Positions 9,368 through 22,735 of a stretch of 64,000 nucleotides of DNA are shown here, one piece after another. The DNA is taken from the NCBI GenBank assembly GCA_964016885.1, contig OZ024743.1:151776001-151840000 (forward strand), given 5' to 3'. The translations under genes were made by a program, and so were the position numbers. Position 1 is the stretch's first letter; the number at the start of each line of letters is the position of its first letter. The notes beneath the pieces are model-generated. The model was not told where the DNA came from and ran no database searches. It saw nothing but the letters and a program-made list of their open reading frames with translations. The DNA comes from Eledone cirrhosa (taxonomy: Eukaryota).

Positions 9368-11284
9368 ACATGGTCACCCGCATAGTTAACCAAGTCGTAC
9401 AGAATGGGGTTGTTCCGAAGGACTGGCATAGCAGCATCATCGTTAACTGTTATAAGGGTAAAGGAGATGCCCTAGATAGGAGTAACTATAGAGGCATTAA
9501 ATTAATCGACCAGGTCATGAAGGTCACGGAAAAAGTAATAGCACAACTAATCAGAGAGAGAATTGACCTAGATGAAATGCAGTTCGGGTTTGTGTCAGGC
9601 AAAAGTACCACAGACGCTCTTTTCATTGTACGACAACTACAGGAGAAGTACCTAGCTAAAGGTAAACCCCTCTACTTAGCTTTTGTCGACTTGGAGAAAG
9701 CCTTCGACAGAGTCCCCCGCTCCATTATCTGGTGGGCTCTTAGAAAACTAGGCGTTGACGAATGGCTTGTGAGATCTATACAAGCCATGTATAAAGAAAC
9801 AGTCAGCAAGGTTAGAATTAACAATGAATATAGTGAAGAGTTTAGCGTAAAAGTTGGCGTCCATCAGGGCTCTGTTCTCAGCCCCCTACTATTTATTATT
9901 GCCCTTCAGGCTATAACAGAGGAGTTCAAGACCGGCTGCCCATGGGAACTCCTATACGCAGACGACCTGACACTCATAGCGGAATCAATGGCCGAGCTAG
10001 AGAAGAAATTCCAAACATGGAAGCACGGCCTAGAATCAAAAGGACTTAAAATTAACCTGGCTAAGACTAAAGTTCTAGTCTGTAGGAAAGAAAATAAGGC
10101 GACGGTCCCTTCTGGGAAATGGTTGTGTTCGGTGTGTAGGAAAGGCGTAGGTAGAAACTCCATTTTATGTCCTAAATGCAAAGTATGAGTGCATAAAAGA
10201 TGTAGTGGGATCACAGGTAAGCTAACTAAGAACATAGATTTTACATGTGGCCGGTGCTCTGGTGCAATAAGTAGCAGCAAGTGCCCACAAAATACTAGCT
10301 CTTTCAATTGCGCAGAGGGTTCTATAGAAATAGTGGACAGCTTCCGTTACCTGGGTGATAAAATCAGCAGTGGGGGAGGGTGCTCTGAAAGTACAGTAGC
10401 TAGAGTCAGAACTGGAAAAAGTTGGAAAAAGTTGGAAAAAGTTCAGAGAGCTTATACCACTATTAGCTGCTAAAGGGTTCTCCCTAAAAATGAAAGGCAG
10501 GTTGTACGATGCCTGCATACGAACAGCAATGTTGCATGGCAGTGAGACCTGGGCATTGTGTGCAGAGGATATACGCAGACTAGAGAGGAACGAAGCTTGC
10601 ATGCTCCGCTGGATGTGTAACAGTAATATACGTGAACGGCAAAGCATAAACGAACTAAGGAAAAAATTAGAAATAAGAGGGATCAGATGTTGTTTACTCG
10701 AGAGAAGGCTACGTTGGTATGGACACGTGATGCGCATGAAAGTCGATAGCTGTATAACAAAGTGCAGGGCAATAAAGATAGACGGTAGCCACGGAATAGG
10801 CAGACCTAGAAAAACCTGGGACGAGCTGATAAACTCCGACCTCACACACTTACACCTCTCCAAGACAATGTCACTGGACCGAGACCTTTGGCGGTACTCA
10901 GTAACAGAGAAGACCCGCCTTACCTAAATACATAGTAAAACCTACTACAGCCAGTAGGCATCTCTAACAAAATACCCCCCCCCCCCCATCCACACCACCC
11001 CGTTCTATGTAAAGTTATGTTGGTGCCACACCATCCAGGCCGAAACAAATGAGATCGTGTAGGTGTCACGACAAAAAAACACACAGTCCACGCTGTAATG
11101 TGGCCGTGTAGACCCACACTGTAAATGTGGTTGGTGTTAGGAAGGGCATCCAACTGTAGAAAACCTGCCAGACAGTCCTATGCGAGCAAGACAATCACTC
11201 TTGCCTCAAGTGGGACTACCCCCGTCCAAACCCATGCAAGCGTGGAACACGGACGTTAAACGTTGATGATGATGATGATGATGA
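9368..11284 (+). mobile_element. RTE-clade LINE, 5'-truncated (RT, PHD-like finger, C-terminus, 3' UTR)
   Basis: NYRGIKL, QFGF, FVDLEKAFDRV, GVHQGSVLSPLLF, LLYADD; one TGA at 10186 (W expected) and a frameshift from a duplicated GTTGGAAAAA near 10421-10440; C-terminal LRWYGHVMRM..GRPRKTW; (GAT)n tail. Confidence 0.95.
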
Positions 11285-12129
11285 TATGTGTGTGTGTGTG
11301 TGTGTGTGTGTGTAATGTGTATAAAGGAAAATCATTTCCACAACTTTTGATGACAATGCTGTTTTACTGGGGAAAGTGCTTATCAATAGAAAAATAAATC
11401 ATGTTTTATGTATGAATATATACACATGTGTACACATAGATATGAGAATATAAAATCACCATTTCTACATGTACATGTGTATTTGTATGTCTGTGTGCGA
11501 AAAATGTTTAAATGTAAACAATAGGAGCTTCATAAAAAAATGAAACAAAAATGGAAAGAATTTAGTTTTAAGAAATGCAATAGAATATACTGAATTTTAA
11601 AAAGAAAAAAAAACATTACCTTACACAAAAGCTCCATGAAAAAATTCAGTATGTTAAAAATAATAGATCAGATAGACACACATAAGGAAAGAAATGTGAA
11701 TGAGTTGTATTTAAACCCCTGCAAGGTGAAAAAATACTGACTTCCAACAAGACAGGTCAAAGCTTGCCTATGTTGATTCTATACTTATTACTACTACTAC
11801 TACTACTACTACTAGTACTCCTACTACTACTACTACTAGTAGTAGTAGTAGTAGTAGTAACTGTGAAATTTGAAAGACAAATATATTACACAAGATAAAA
11901 ACTGTATAAAGAATGTTGTCAAACATTAGACAACCATTTAGAGAACCTCATAAACATCAACTTTTCTCAATGCCAGGTGAAACTAGAGGCTCCCAATTGA
12001 AACTCTCATATATCTTTACTGAAATTTTCTAGGATATGTGTGTCTGTGGGGCTGGGGGTTGCATGTATGTGTGTGTGGTGGGGGTGAGAGAGATGGGGGC
12101 GGGGGCAAGAGATGAAGATTTCCTCCATT

Positions 12130-12521
12130 TCGGTAGAGAGTCGGACGCCATGCTTTCCAGCATAGTTACGTCCCTTTGCGGTCTGAGTTCAAATCCCGCC
12201 GAGGTTAACTTTGCCTTTCATCCTTACGGGGTCGATAAAATAAAGTACCAGTAATGTACTGGGTAATTGCTGGCCTTGTGCCAAAAGTAGAAACAATTAT
12301 TATCTCCCATACATAGGGCGGTGGATTGGCAGTATCGGTAGAGAGTCGGACGCCATGCTTTGCAGCAAAGAGTTCCGGCCCTTTATGGTCTGAGTTCAAA
12401 TCCCGCCGAGGTTAAACTTTGCCTTTCATCCTTACGGGGTCGATAAAATAAAGTACCAGTAATGCACTGGGATAATTGCTGGCCTTGTGCCAAAAGTAGA
12501 AACAATTATTATCTCCCATAC
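12130..12521 (+). mobile_element. Two tandem Meta-type SINEs (12130-12300, 12317-12510)
   Basis: Second copy is full length (GGCGGTGGATTGGCAGTATCGG A box, GAGTTCAAATCCC B box) and is flanked by an ATTATTATCTCCCATAC duplication. Confidence 0.9.
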
Positions 12522-12606
12522 TGCTTTAAGAAAATACTTTATATGGCATATCAATTACATATTTCTCCATGGTAACTTTACAATAAGTGGACATTCTACT
12601 TAATAC

Positions 12607-12774
12607 CTGTTGAACAATTTAGGTGGTAAATTTAATATAGCTTCCAGTTTAAAACCATCACCTGACCCTGGGACACCATTAGTATAATCTACTTTATTAC
12701 AAGCATTCCAGACCAAGTCTCTAATCTGAGGATAACTTGATAGTTTACCAAGCCACCTGGAACTGCTTATAATT
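12607..12774 (-). CDS. Putative internal coding exon of an unidentified host gene
   Basis: Acceptor ttttt-catcatag, 168 nt open in phase 2/2 (IISSSRWLGKLSSYPQIRDLVWNACNKVDYTNGVPGSGDGFKLEAILNLPPKLFN), donor gtatta. Non-repetitive; no homolog recognised. Confidence 0.4.
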
Positions 12775-14049
12775 CTATGATGAAAAACTATTTATTTTAA
12801 AATAGTCACATTTAAGCCTTCCGTTATAATTTTCTTAAGTTGCTCTAAACACAAACTTAATAATGAGGAAGTATGTTATATTGCTAAATCCCTCCAAATT
12901 TGGGATTATTTAAAAAATTAATTGAAAATCATAGTCAGTATATTTCATTAGAAATCTAGTAAAGAAATGGTCAAGTTGCCACCTACTGCAACAAACCATG
13001 AATCATATATCTTTTTATTCCTTTCCACTTACTAGTCTCAAAAGTCCTTTAAAAGACATGAAATATAGCAGAAATTGCCTAAGAATATTTGAGAAAAAAA
13101 CCTTTTGATTCTTATCGTATCAAAACACTAAAAAAAAAAAAAAAATAGCAATAGGAAAAACAAATTTCACCGCCAAAGTAAAACCGATGTAATATACATC
13201 TCCAAAGTGAAAATACTTTAGCACCTTACTTATGTAGAATTTGAAGTTGGTGAAAATTGGCAAAACATTGACCAAGAATATAAGCTAACTCTCTAATTTG
13301 CCATCAATGTTTCTCAGCTTATATACAAGTATATACAAATGCTATCATGTATTCAAGATGTTCTATTATTAATTTTTTTTTAATATTTAACATTTTTTAT
13401 ATCATATTGTTTTATGTTACTATACCAAAGAAAAAAGTTGAACAGTAAGCCAAATTATTTGAAGACATTCTGCCTGAAAATTAACCAACTCTCTTTAAAA
13501 AACAAAGACATATTGGATAATGTAGTTACTGATATACGAGATTGGGTGGTTATGAAATCTGGAAAAAAAGTTGTTTTTTTAATGAGACATTATTAAATTT
13601 GAATAAAATTGTCTCCCTCTTTCCTTGATGCACTATGCGTGTGCTTATTTTACTTAATTGTTAATCCAGCCCTGAGTTCAGCAGATAACTAAATGAATCA
13701 TAATTGAGAGCAACTTGGTGAGAATATTCAGACTTAAGCTGTATTAGGCCATATGACAAGAAGTTATAAAAATAGCAAAATTGATGTATTCAGATTTACC
13801 ACCAAAAAGTATCTGATAACTCCCAAAGGAAAACAGATGGGGAGATTGGGGCAGCACTACTCTGATCTCACCCTCAACTCATAAAACAATGAAATACCCA
13901 CCTATCATGGTTGAAGTAAAGGCAGAGCTAAGCATAAGATATTGATAACCTATCCTCTGGAAAATAACCTGGTAATGGTGGGATCATTCAAAGTAACATC
14001 TTTAGTGAATTATATACTATTTTTTTAAAGATTTCCAGAGACTTTTAAT

Positions 14050-14215
14050 AAATAATTGTTTCTACTTTAGGCACAAGGCCAGCAATTACCCAGTAATCGA
14101 CCCCGTAAGGATGAAAGGCAAAGTCAACCTCGGCGGGATTTGAACTCAGATCGTAGAGGGACGTAACTATGCTGGAAAGCATGGTGTCCGACCCTCTACC
14201 GATACTGCCGATCCA
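14050..14215 (-). mobile_element. Meta-type SINE with internal deletion
   Basis: Family match that lacks the TAAAATAAAGTACCAGTAATGC segment. Confidence 0.85.
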
Positions 14216-16219
14216 CAATAAATAATAAGCATAAAAGAGGCACATTTTGGGCATGGATAGAAATATTCCATCATTTATTATCACTGGCAAGTATGCAAGT
14301 AAACATATGTGCTTCTACTGACTTTAAAAAATGTAGGCACATTGGATAATGTAGTCTTTGATATGTAAAAGGATAGGACAGTCATGGCTAGAACACTTTT
14401 GAAGCTGTATCTGCTCGAATAGGGCTGATCTGGGACTACATAACAACTACCTATCTGTTTATAGCAAAATTAGAAACTTCATTTAGAAGATTGATTTCAG
14501 CCCTAGGGCTTTTATCACCTGTGTCTGGGATAACTAAAACTTTAAAGTCAGTGCACAATGCTTGCATCAACACCTGCCTCGATTTATATATAGTATAAAA
14601 ACATGGAAAACATATACTAAACAAGAGCAAAAAGAACAACTTTCTCATACTCTACTGTTGTTACATCCTTGACATTGGAAAGATAAAGTACCAAACATCG
14701 ATATTCTATCCCCTGATGGCACTCTAGCTATGTAAACATTGTTTAGATATTATATGCAGAACTGGCTTAATGACACCTACTGGCAAGGTCAATATGAGGA
14801 TGGCATTTTCTATTCCTTCTCAGAGTTAGCTGTATCCTAAAAGATATATTTCATGCTGAACTTGAATTGAGCAAAAGATTTTCTCCATGAACACATCATG
14901 AAAATATAACATTGAATCCTCAAAGGCGATCATTGCTAATTACAATAGATAGTGATAGTTATTTTTCCAAGTACCAGCTTAGACAGATTCAAAATTTAGT
15001 TTAAGAAAGGAAAGCTAAACAAAAGTTATACTACTATTCAGATTACTAATCGACTAGTTGTGGCAGATACTCTAGAGACTGTGCCAACATATTGACCTAG
15101 TCAGCAACATATGAGACTGTTTCAACTGTGGAATGACAGACAACTACAGTGCATCATTCATAATGTACCTTGACTTATATCTTCTGCACAAATATATACT
15201 TATATACATGTTAAGGGAAACCATATATATATATCAACATATTTAGGTGTAATTACAGCCTATTAACTATTTAAGTTAGTTAACAGCATGTGTCTCACTA
15301 TCTCGCAGGTGCTGAGTAAAACTGAATATTTTTATTACATAAATATATTCAGAACACACTGTGTCACTACTTTCTCAGGAGATAAAGAGTTTATACATTA
15401 GGCTACCAACAGACACACATATTGCTAGAAACTAAGGTAAATATAGTTAAGTATATAGCAAAAATAGATAATTCCAATTATTAATCAACAGCAATGGAAC
15501 ACTTATGTATGCATGTACATATTCACCCACACATACATAAAGAAATACATATCAATGCCAAACACTGCCCCTAACTAATTCATCTAATCACACTTCATTC
15601 TAAATATATCTTCCTTTGAAACAAGAATAATACAACGCGAGTAGAGAATGTAAAACCTTGGTCCCTAAGTTCACCAATGTTGTAACTTATAATTTACAAT
15701 GTGTATCACCAAAACAGTAATTGAAAATAAATATTAAGCTATCAGATGAATTGATATAAATCAAATCTAATAATGTGATCTTAAAAAATTACATATGTAT
15801 CTTTTATATTTTTTAATTAAAGGGAATACATGATCTCATGACTTATATAGTATGAAAAAAATAATCTCTAGTGATTTTTAAGGCCACATTTCCCAGTTAC
15901 TGGCATCAAGTATAATTAATTTGAGGTTGCATGCTTTTGATTTCTAAAATACAAACATATTTTTCATTCAATTAGATAATATTTCAAAAATATAAATTTA
16001 AATTAATTTTCATCTAGAATTTGCCCATAGTTTGGATGGTATTTTTACTTTTCTTGTTTTTACAAATGAAGAAGGATTGGAGAGGTTTTGCTATGATAAT
16101 TCTATATTCAATATTTGTATTTTGAATATTTTAATATTCTGTCAAGGAAGAGAAGTAATTAATTTTGTGCAACAATATGGCAAATATTGGTCAAATTCAG
16201 TTGCCTTCTTTTACTTGCA

Positions 16220-16583
16220 TAATAATTGTTTCTACTTTTTGGCACAAGGCCAGCAATTACCCAGTGCATTACTGGTACTTTATTTTATCGACCCCGTAAG
16301 GATGAAAGGCAAAGTCAACCTCGGCGGGATTTGAACTCAGATCATTAAGGGACGTAACTATGCTGGAAAGCATGGCATCCGACCCTCTACCGATACTACC
16401 AAAATAATTGTTTCTACTTTTGGCGCAAGGCCAGCAATTACCCAGTGCATTACTGGTACTTTATTTTATCGACCCCGTAAGGATGAAAGGCAAGTAAACC
16501 TCGGCGGGATTTGAACTCAGAATGGCAAGGACCATAACTCTATGCGTCAAAGCATGGCGTCCAACCCTCTACCGATACTGCCA
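16220..16583 (-). mobile_element. Two tandem Meta-type SINEs of different subfamilies
   Basis: Two consecutive family matches with different middle segments. Confidence 0.88.
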
Positions 16584-16724
16584 AAATAATGAGGGTTAAC
16601 AGTTTACCATACATTCTCAGAAAATAGGTATTTAGTTTTTATTTATCTGACCAATGCCTTGTGAGAGAAATTTGGTAGATAGAAACTATGCAGAAGTCTA
16701 TCATGTGTGTGTGTATATATATAT

Positions 16725-16920
16725 ATCATCATCATTCTCATCACCGTTTTACGTCCATTCTTCCACGCTAGCATGGGTTAGATGAGTTGTCCTGTTGTGG
16801 GAAATAGCAAATCAGGTGACCATGTCTTGCTCATACAGAACTGATTTTGGGTTGATTTCTACAGCCCTTCCTAACACCAACCTCATTTACAATGAGTACT
16901 GGGTGCTTTTTATCATAGTG
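16725..16920 (-). mobile_element. Solo RTE/SINE 3' tail module
   Basis: (CAT)n, CGTCCATTCTTCCACGCTAGCATGGG, CCCTTCCTAACACCAACC. Confidence 0.75.
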
Positions 16921-17015
<95 letters not shown>

Positions 17016-17090
17016 AGTCAGCATATGTAGACGATTATTTACTAGGTGTCTTTCAGGTCAATGTAATGATAGGATCATGCAGTGCTGTTA

Positions 17091-17282
17091 TATAGTTACA
17101 ATTTGTTCACAAAGAATTTAAGAGTTCAAGGCATTTAATTATTGACACCCATGGTCTATACTCACTAATGGAAAATTGTTAAATAAGATGATTTGCTATA
17201 TGTGGCATATCATCGTGGAAAGAAATAATTGTGTGTAATTAAATGCCTTGAACTCTCAAATTCTTTGGTTTGTAAAAAATTG

Positions 17283-17290
<8 letters not shown>
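17091..17290. repeat. Small fold-back element (arms 17091-17141 and 17236-17290)
   Basis: TATAGTTACAATTT..AAAGAATTT.AGAGTTCAAGGCATTTAATTA and its reverse complement; ends in TA. Confidence 0.7.
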
Positions 17291-17314
<24 letters not shown>

Positions 17315-17317
<3 letters not shown>

Positions 17318-17551
17318 GGGGTGGTATCAAAAAGTTCAGACTGGTTCTGTAGCATGCCAACAGATGGCAACACATGGTTGCATGCACAGTGAGAGCTAGC
17401 AGTGACCTTGATATACCAGTGTGCTGAGTGACATTGCTGTGTTCACTTTGCAAGTTGTGAAATTTGTGTTTTTCTGATCATGTGTATGCTGTAGCCTGTG
17501 ATTTTGTCATGAACAAGAACTTGGGAAGTCTGCTACAGAGACATTGAGCAT
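17315..17551 (+). mobile_element. Mariner transposon 5' end remnant
   Basis: TA + CGGGGTGGTATCAAAAAGTT TIR-like start; LGKSATETLS matches the mariner transposase N-terminus. Confidence 0.7.
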
Positions 17552-20500
17552 ATGTATGTATAATTATCACATAAAATTGTCACATTTGACATTAGAGAAA
17601 AACCCCTGAAGGTTAGAATTAGATTAACAAACAGAAAATGAGAATCAGATCATACTAGGACTTATGGTAATAATCAGCTGGCCAATTATGTAGCTGTACA
17701 CCTGAACAATGATGAATAGAAATTAGGAGTACGTCAATCAGAGAACTGACCATGTAGTCTAATGTTAAATGCATAAGCATATAATAACATTTGAACAGAA
17801 AAATGTAAATGGAAGTTTCAAATCTATAACAATTTTCAAAACTTTATAAAACCAATTGAAGCAACATGGGTACAGGCATATCAATGTGGTGAAGATGATT
17901 GCTTGAGACCCAAGAAATATTAGGTTTAATCCCCTGTGTAGAATCTTGTGTGAGTGCCTTCAACTATAACTTTTGAATGACAAATGTATTGAAGGTAATT
18001 TGAAAACTGGAAATCATGAAGAAGCCAAACATATATATATGTGTGTGTGTGTTGGCAAGAGGCTGAACCATAAATTGATGCACTGAGCAAATATACCTTG
18101 CATATACCAAGTAACATATCTTAGATGGACATGGCAATTCAATAAATACATTTTGATAAAATAAGTAATTCATAAAGTAGTAAAACCCTTGAATGTAGTG
18201 CCCCAACATAATCACATCCTGGTGACTGAAACCAGTAAAAGAATAAAAGAATTGCATATTTTAAAGCAATTTTAGTGCAAACAGGTTTCTTTTTTTCTCT
18301 TTATTTTGTTTGATATATCAAAATAATACATAATCCAGAAAGATGAGATGAGATGAGAAAAATTATATACGACAAACTGACAATACCGAGTAAGAAAATT
18401 AGATGAAATAACTCCAGAATCCTTGAGAGGATATTTGGTTAAAAACTTACAGAAGAGAACTGAAAATAACATGAAAAAAAGAGAACATGTATAAAAAAAA
18501 AATATGAACACCACACATGATCTAGTATGATTGTAAGAATGAGTCATAATAGCTTGGAGTGAAGAAAATTTTTTCCCACACTGAGTAAGAAAAGGAAATA
18601 TATTATGTAAAGTTACATAAACTCTTAACAATGAACAAAAAAAAAATAACTAATGGAAACAAAAGAAATAAACTACATCTCAGTAAATGTGCTTCTAATG
18701 TAGGGTTCTTTTATTTTAGATTAAAAAGAAATTGGAATGGATGTGTGTGTTGAATAAAGCAGGGGAAATTGCTGTGAATTATGTTTTTTGTCTTCTGGTT
18801 CCTTATTTTATGTTTTATGAATTTTGTTGTACATATAAACTTGAATCTATTCAAGCCATGCATTTATACTGTCCATAGATATGTAAGAAAATACATGTCT
18901 GTATGTGCACATAAATATATATATTTAGGAAAGAGAAGTTTTGAAAAGAATAACAAGCATAATATGTTATAGTAGATAAATCTGTGCCCTTTTATGCTAG
19001 GTGGTTATGTTGTAGAAGTAGAAGACACAAGAACAGAAATAGGATATGTTTAGATCATCATCTTTTTAGGAGTTGCATTTTAAGGAACAATACTTAAAAT
19101 TTCTAACTTTATGTATTCTTATTGTAATTTTTCTACTTTGGTAAGAAATTTTTTCAATATGAAGAACAACTAAAATTTGGACAAAATAGAAGTGTAACAA
19201 AACAAAAAAAAAAGAAGAAAAGAAGAAATGGAAAATTTAAATGGAAAAAAAAATGATAAAATGATTTGAAAATTTATTGAAAAATAGAAAGAAATCATGC
19301 AGAGAAGAGAAAAAAACATACGTCAAAGAATAATTGAAATACAAAAGTTAAAATAGGTTTGAATCATGGTATACAATGAACTAAACTATGAAGATATAAT
19401 TATGTAACAATAAAAAAAAAACCGATAGTTTTATCATCATTAGTTAGACACATTTTCTGATGGAAATGTGGTAAGGTAAGCTATCTATTTTAGCCATATT
19501 GGAAATATAATTTTCAATAATATATATATATATATACATGTATGTATATATATATCAATCTGTTCCCCTCCCTATCACCCCCATAATTATACATTTTTCT
19601 TTTTAGTCACTATTTTCCTTCTATTCACATTCTTGAACATTCATGATAAATGAAACTACAGTTAGTAGAGAGAACACTTTAGCCTTGCAGGGGGCAAGAT
19701 AATTTGTTTAGTGTTGGTGCCAGGATAAAATGTACCAAGTACACCCTGTAAAGTGCCTGATGCAAAAACTGACTTTGTGGAAAGTGCTATAATTGATAAG
19801 TTTATGTGGTCAGTGTAAAATAAATTTAGTAAATGTAGTTGTTTTTTATAGCACAAGAACAACACAAACCACAGTATATACTGAACTGAATGTCCATATA
19901 TATCTGTTGGTGACATAATTAAATAAAGAGATGCCCATCAATTTTGATGATGAGTGTACCAGTTGTTCAGTCAATGGGACAGCCTACTCATTAAATCACC
20001 ATGTGATTACATATTCCAAAGATACTGTTACCTTTAACAGCATTCTCAAGTAGATAGATGACTGTGTGAAAAAACTGGCTCCTTGAATTACAGATATGGT
20101 TCATCTGACGAGCTTCTAAACAGCTTTCATCAACCAAATTTCACCCAGAAGGCCTAGGTCAACCCAAAGTGAATGTAAGGAAACATTTACCAAAGATGAA
20201 CATTTACCAAACATACCATACAGTAGGAGAACATCTCAATTGTGAAGTAAATGTTCTAACCATTTGGTCATGTTAACTTGAAGCTAGAATTGATTACATA
20301 AGCTCCACTCAGCTAACTTAATCAATAATAACTAATTCCATCTAGAAAACTTAATGAAGTAACTCATAGAAACAATATGTGCTAGTTATAGATATGTAAT
20401 TATTTATAATGCCCATTTGAAAAAGATAAATAAATAAAGTAAAATGCACTCATCATTCCAGCAAATTTGAATAGTTTGTTGGCAGAAAGAATGATAAATT

Positions 20501-20852
20501 AGGAGAAAAAAAATAAAAATTACAAATTGTAAAATTATACCAAACTATTTTGACAGTAACTAGATTGCTGTTAATCTTTACTTAGAAATTTATCAAGAAT
20601 GTAGAAAATGAGCAATGATGTTGTGAATGGTGTGTTACTAGGAATTACTCTATCTAAAAAAATAAAAAAATAACAGAATCAAACTAAATGGATTACAAAG
20701 AAGTATAACTTTAAAGAATCTATGCCCCTTAGTTCATCTGAGCACTGTAAACAATAATTTTCATTATTATTATATTGTTGATTGATTGCATATAGATGCA
20801 TCTTGAATATATATATATATAGGTATTAGGATTGGTGCTCTGAAATAGCGAT

Positions 20853-21190
20853 GTATACATGAATATATGTATAGTATATTTGGCAATATACCGTATGTTT
20901 AATTTAAAACATTTAGAAGACCATACGCTATCAGTTTAATGTAGTAACTATTTCACCATAATTGCTTTATAAGCAATTTATCTTCTGCAATATATATATA
21001 TACATAAAACACACACATATATATATTATATATATATATATATATGCATACTGTTAACTTCTCTCCCTTCTTTCGTTGAAAAGAAGTAAGTGACACAGTC
21101 ACTACATTAAACCGATAGTGTATGGTCTTCTAAATTTTTTTAATTAAACATACGGTATATTGCCAAATATACTATACATACATTTATATA
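20853..21190. repeat. Inverted pair of an unclassified repeat (20853-20956 vs 21090-21190) around (TA)n
   Basis: TATGTATAGTATATTTGGCAATATACCGTATGTTTAATT..AGAAGACCATAC.CTATC.GTTTAATGTAGT on both strands. Confidence 0.75.
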
Positions 21191-21434
21191 TAAGATAATT
21201 TTCAATTATATACAATGTTTTTTTCTGTGTTGCAGCTCAAGTGTCATCTTTTATATTTCCAAGTCTGATGCAAGATACATTTGTATTGTTTTACCACAAA
21301 ATTTCAGCATGCCAACCTTTCATTGAACTAGTAAGAAGTTATGGGTAGACAAAGCTGGAAATTGAATATTTCATATTTCAGAAAGCATCAATTCGATTGG
21401 TCAGTTGATCACTATGAAGTCAATTCTTAAAGCT

Positions 21435-21738
21435 ATATTTTGTGAGTTCAATTCTCAGACCAGGTGATGTGTTGTTTCCTTGAGCAAGACACTTTATTTC
21501 ACATTGCTCCAGTTTACTCAGCTGTAGAAATGAGATGATAGGAACTGGGGTCCATATCATTCCACTGCAAAGTGGTCGTGGAGGTGCCATGGCATAAAAG
21601 CACCCAGCACTCACTGTAAATGAGGTTGGTGTTAGGAAGGGCATCCAGCTGTAGAAATCAAGCCAGAACCAGTTCCCGTCTCACCCTTGCAAGCAGGGAA
21701 AAAGTGGACGTAAAATGAAATGATGATGATGAAATGAT
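21435..21738 (+). mobile_element. CORE-type SINE, 5'-truncated
   Basis: GAGTTCAATTCTC B box, CORE-like block, AGGAAGGGCATCC, (GAT)n. Confidence 0.85.
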
Positions 21739-22692
21739 ATATATATATATATATATACATGTACGTATACATACACACACATACATGCAAGATACATGTT
21801 CAAAGTATACATTTTAAACATATAGTATACATAAAAATGTTAAACATATGTTAAAAACATCTATAATTATGTTTAGACTATATTCAATAACCTGTGAAAC
21901 TAATTCTATGTATATTTAAATTAAGTCTACAGTTAGAGATGAAGGGGATGGGATAATCTCTGTGGATATTATTATATTACATATGATCCACAGAAAACGT
22001 GTAATGATATATGAGAGAAACCTGATGTGAGAGCATTTTGTGCTACATGTTCATATTCATAAATACATAAACAATATGCATAATTGATGATGATGATGAA
22101 GGCGATGATAATGAAATCAATTTCATAATATAGTCTTGGGATAAATTTAATGCATAAACATCAAAAACAGTATACAATTTTAAGTCTTATTGTTTCAAGT
22201 AATAAGAATAGATAGGTAATCTATGGCAAGATGAAAAAGTTAATGAGCATTTTAATTAGTACATATATTCCCAAACACACACGCACACACTATATATATA
22301 TATATATTTATTAAAATAACAGATTAGAGTTTAAGCAAAGAATCGCTGCTTTCACGCTTAACGGGATCTTCTGAATATTATATATATTTGATATATATTT
22401 ATTTGATATATATTCTGAATTTGATATATATTTATCCTCTTTAGATTTTAGTCTTCAAATTTATTATTATTACTATATATATATATATTTCGTTTCTGAA
22501 TTTGTTTAGCAAGATTCTTTATCTGAAAACGTGTGTTGAAACCGATATTGTTATACTTTGGGAGGGTCATATTGCGTAAGAAACACACGCACCAGTTGCT
22601 TTCACTTCAATTTATTATAATAAATTTATGAATTTATAAATTTCCGGTTGGTTGGTTGGTTGGTTCCACAACCAGATGATTGTTCATATATT

Positions 22693-22735
22693 GTCAAAGT
22701 TCTTTCGTCACACATTCTGTGACCTCTTCAGTGAC
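22693..22735 (-). ncRNA. Minimal type I hammerhead ribozyme motif
   Basis: Reverse complement: GTCA-CTGAAGA-G-GTCACA(GAATG)TGTGAC-GAAAG-AA-CTT-TGAC; perfect stems I and II. Confidence 0.85.

Noticed and set aside
10186-10188. In-frame TGA in the RTE as selenocysteine or programmed readthrough
   Set aside because: Other copies in the window have TGG (W) at this position, so it is a simple G-to-A nonsense mutation.
22340-22380. Minus-strand CAGAAGA..GAAAGC hammerhead-like string
   Set aside because: Stem pairing is weak and there is no second copy to support it.
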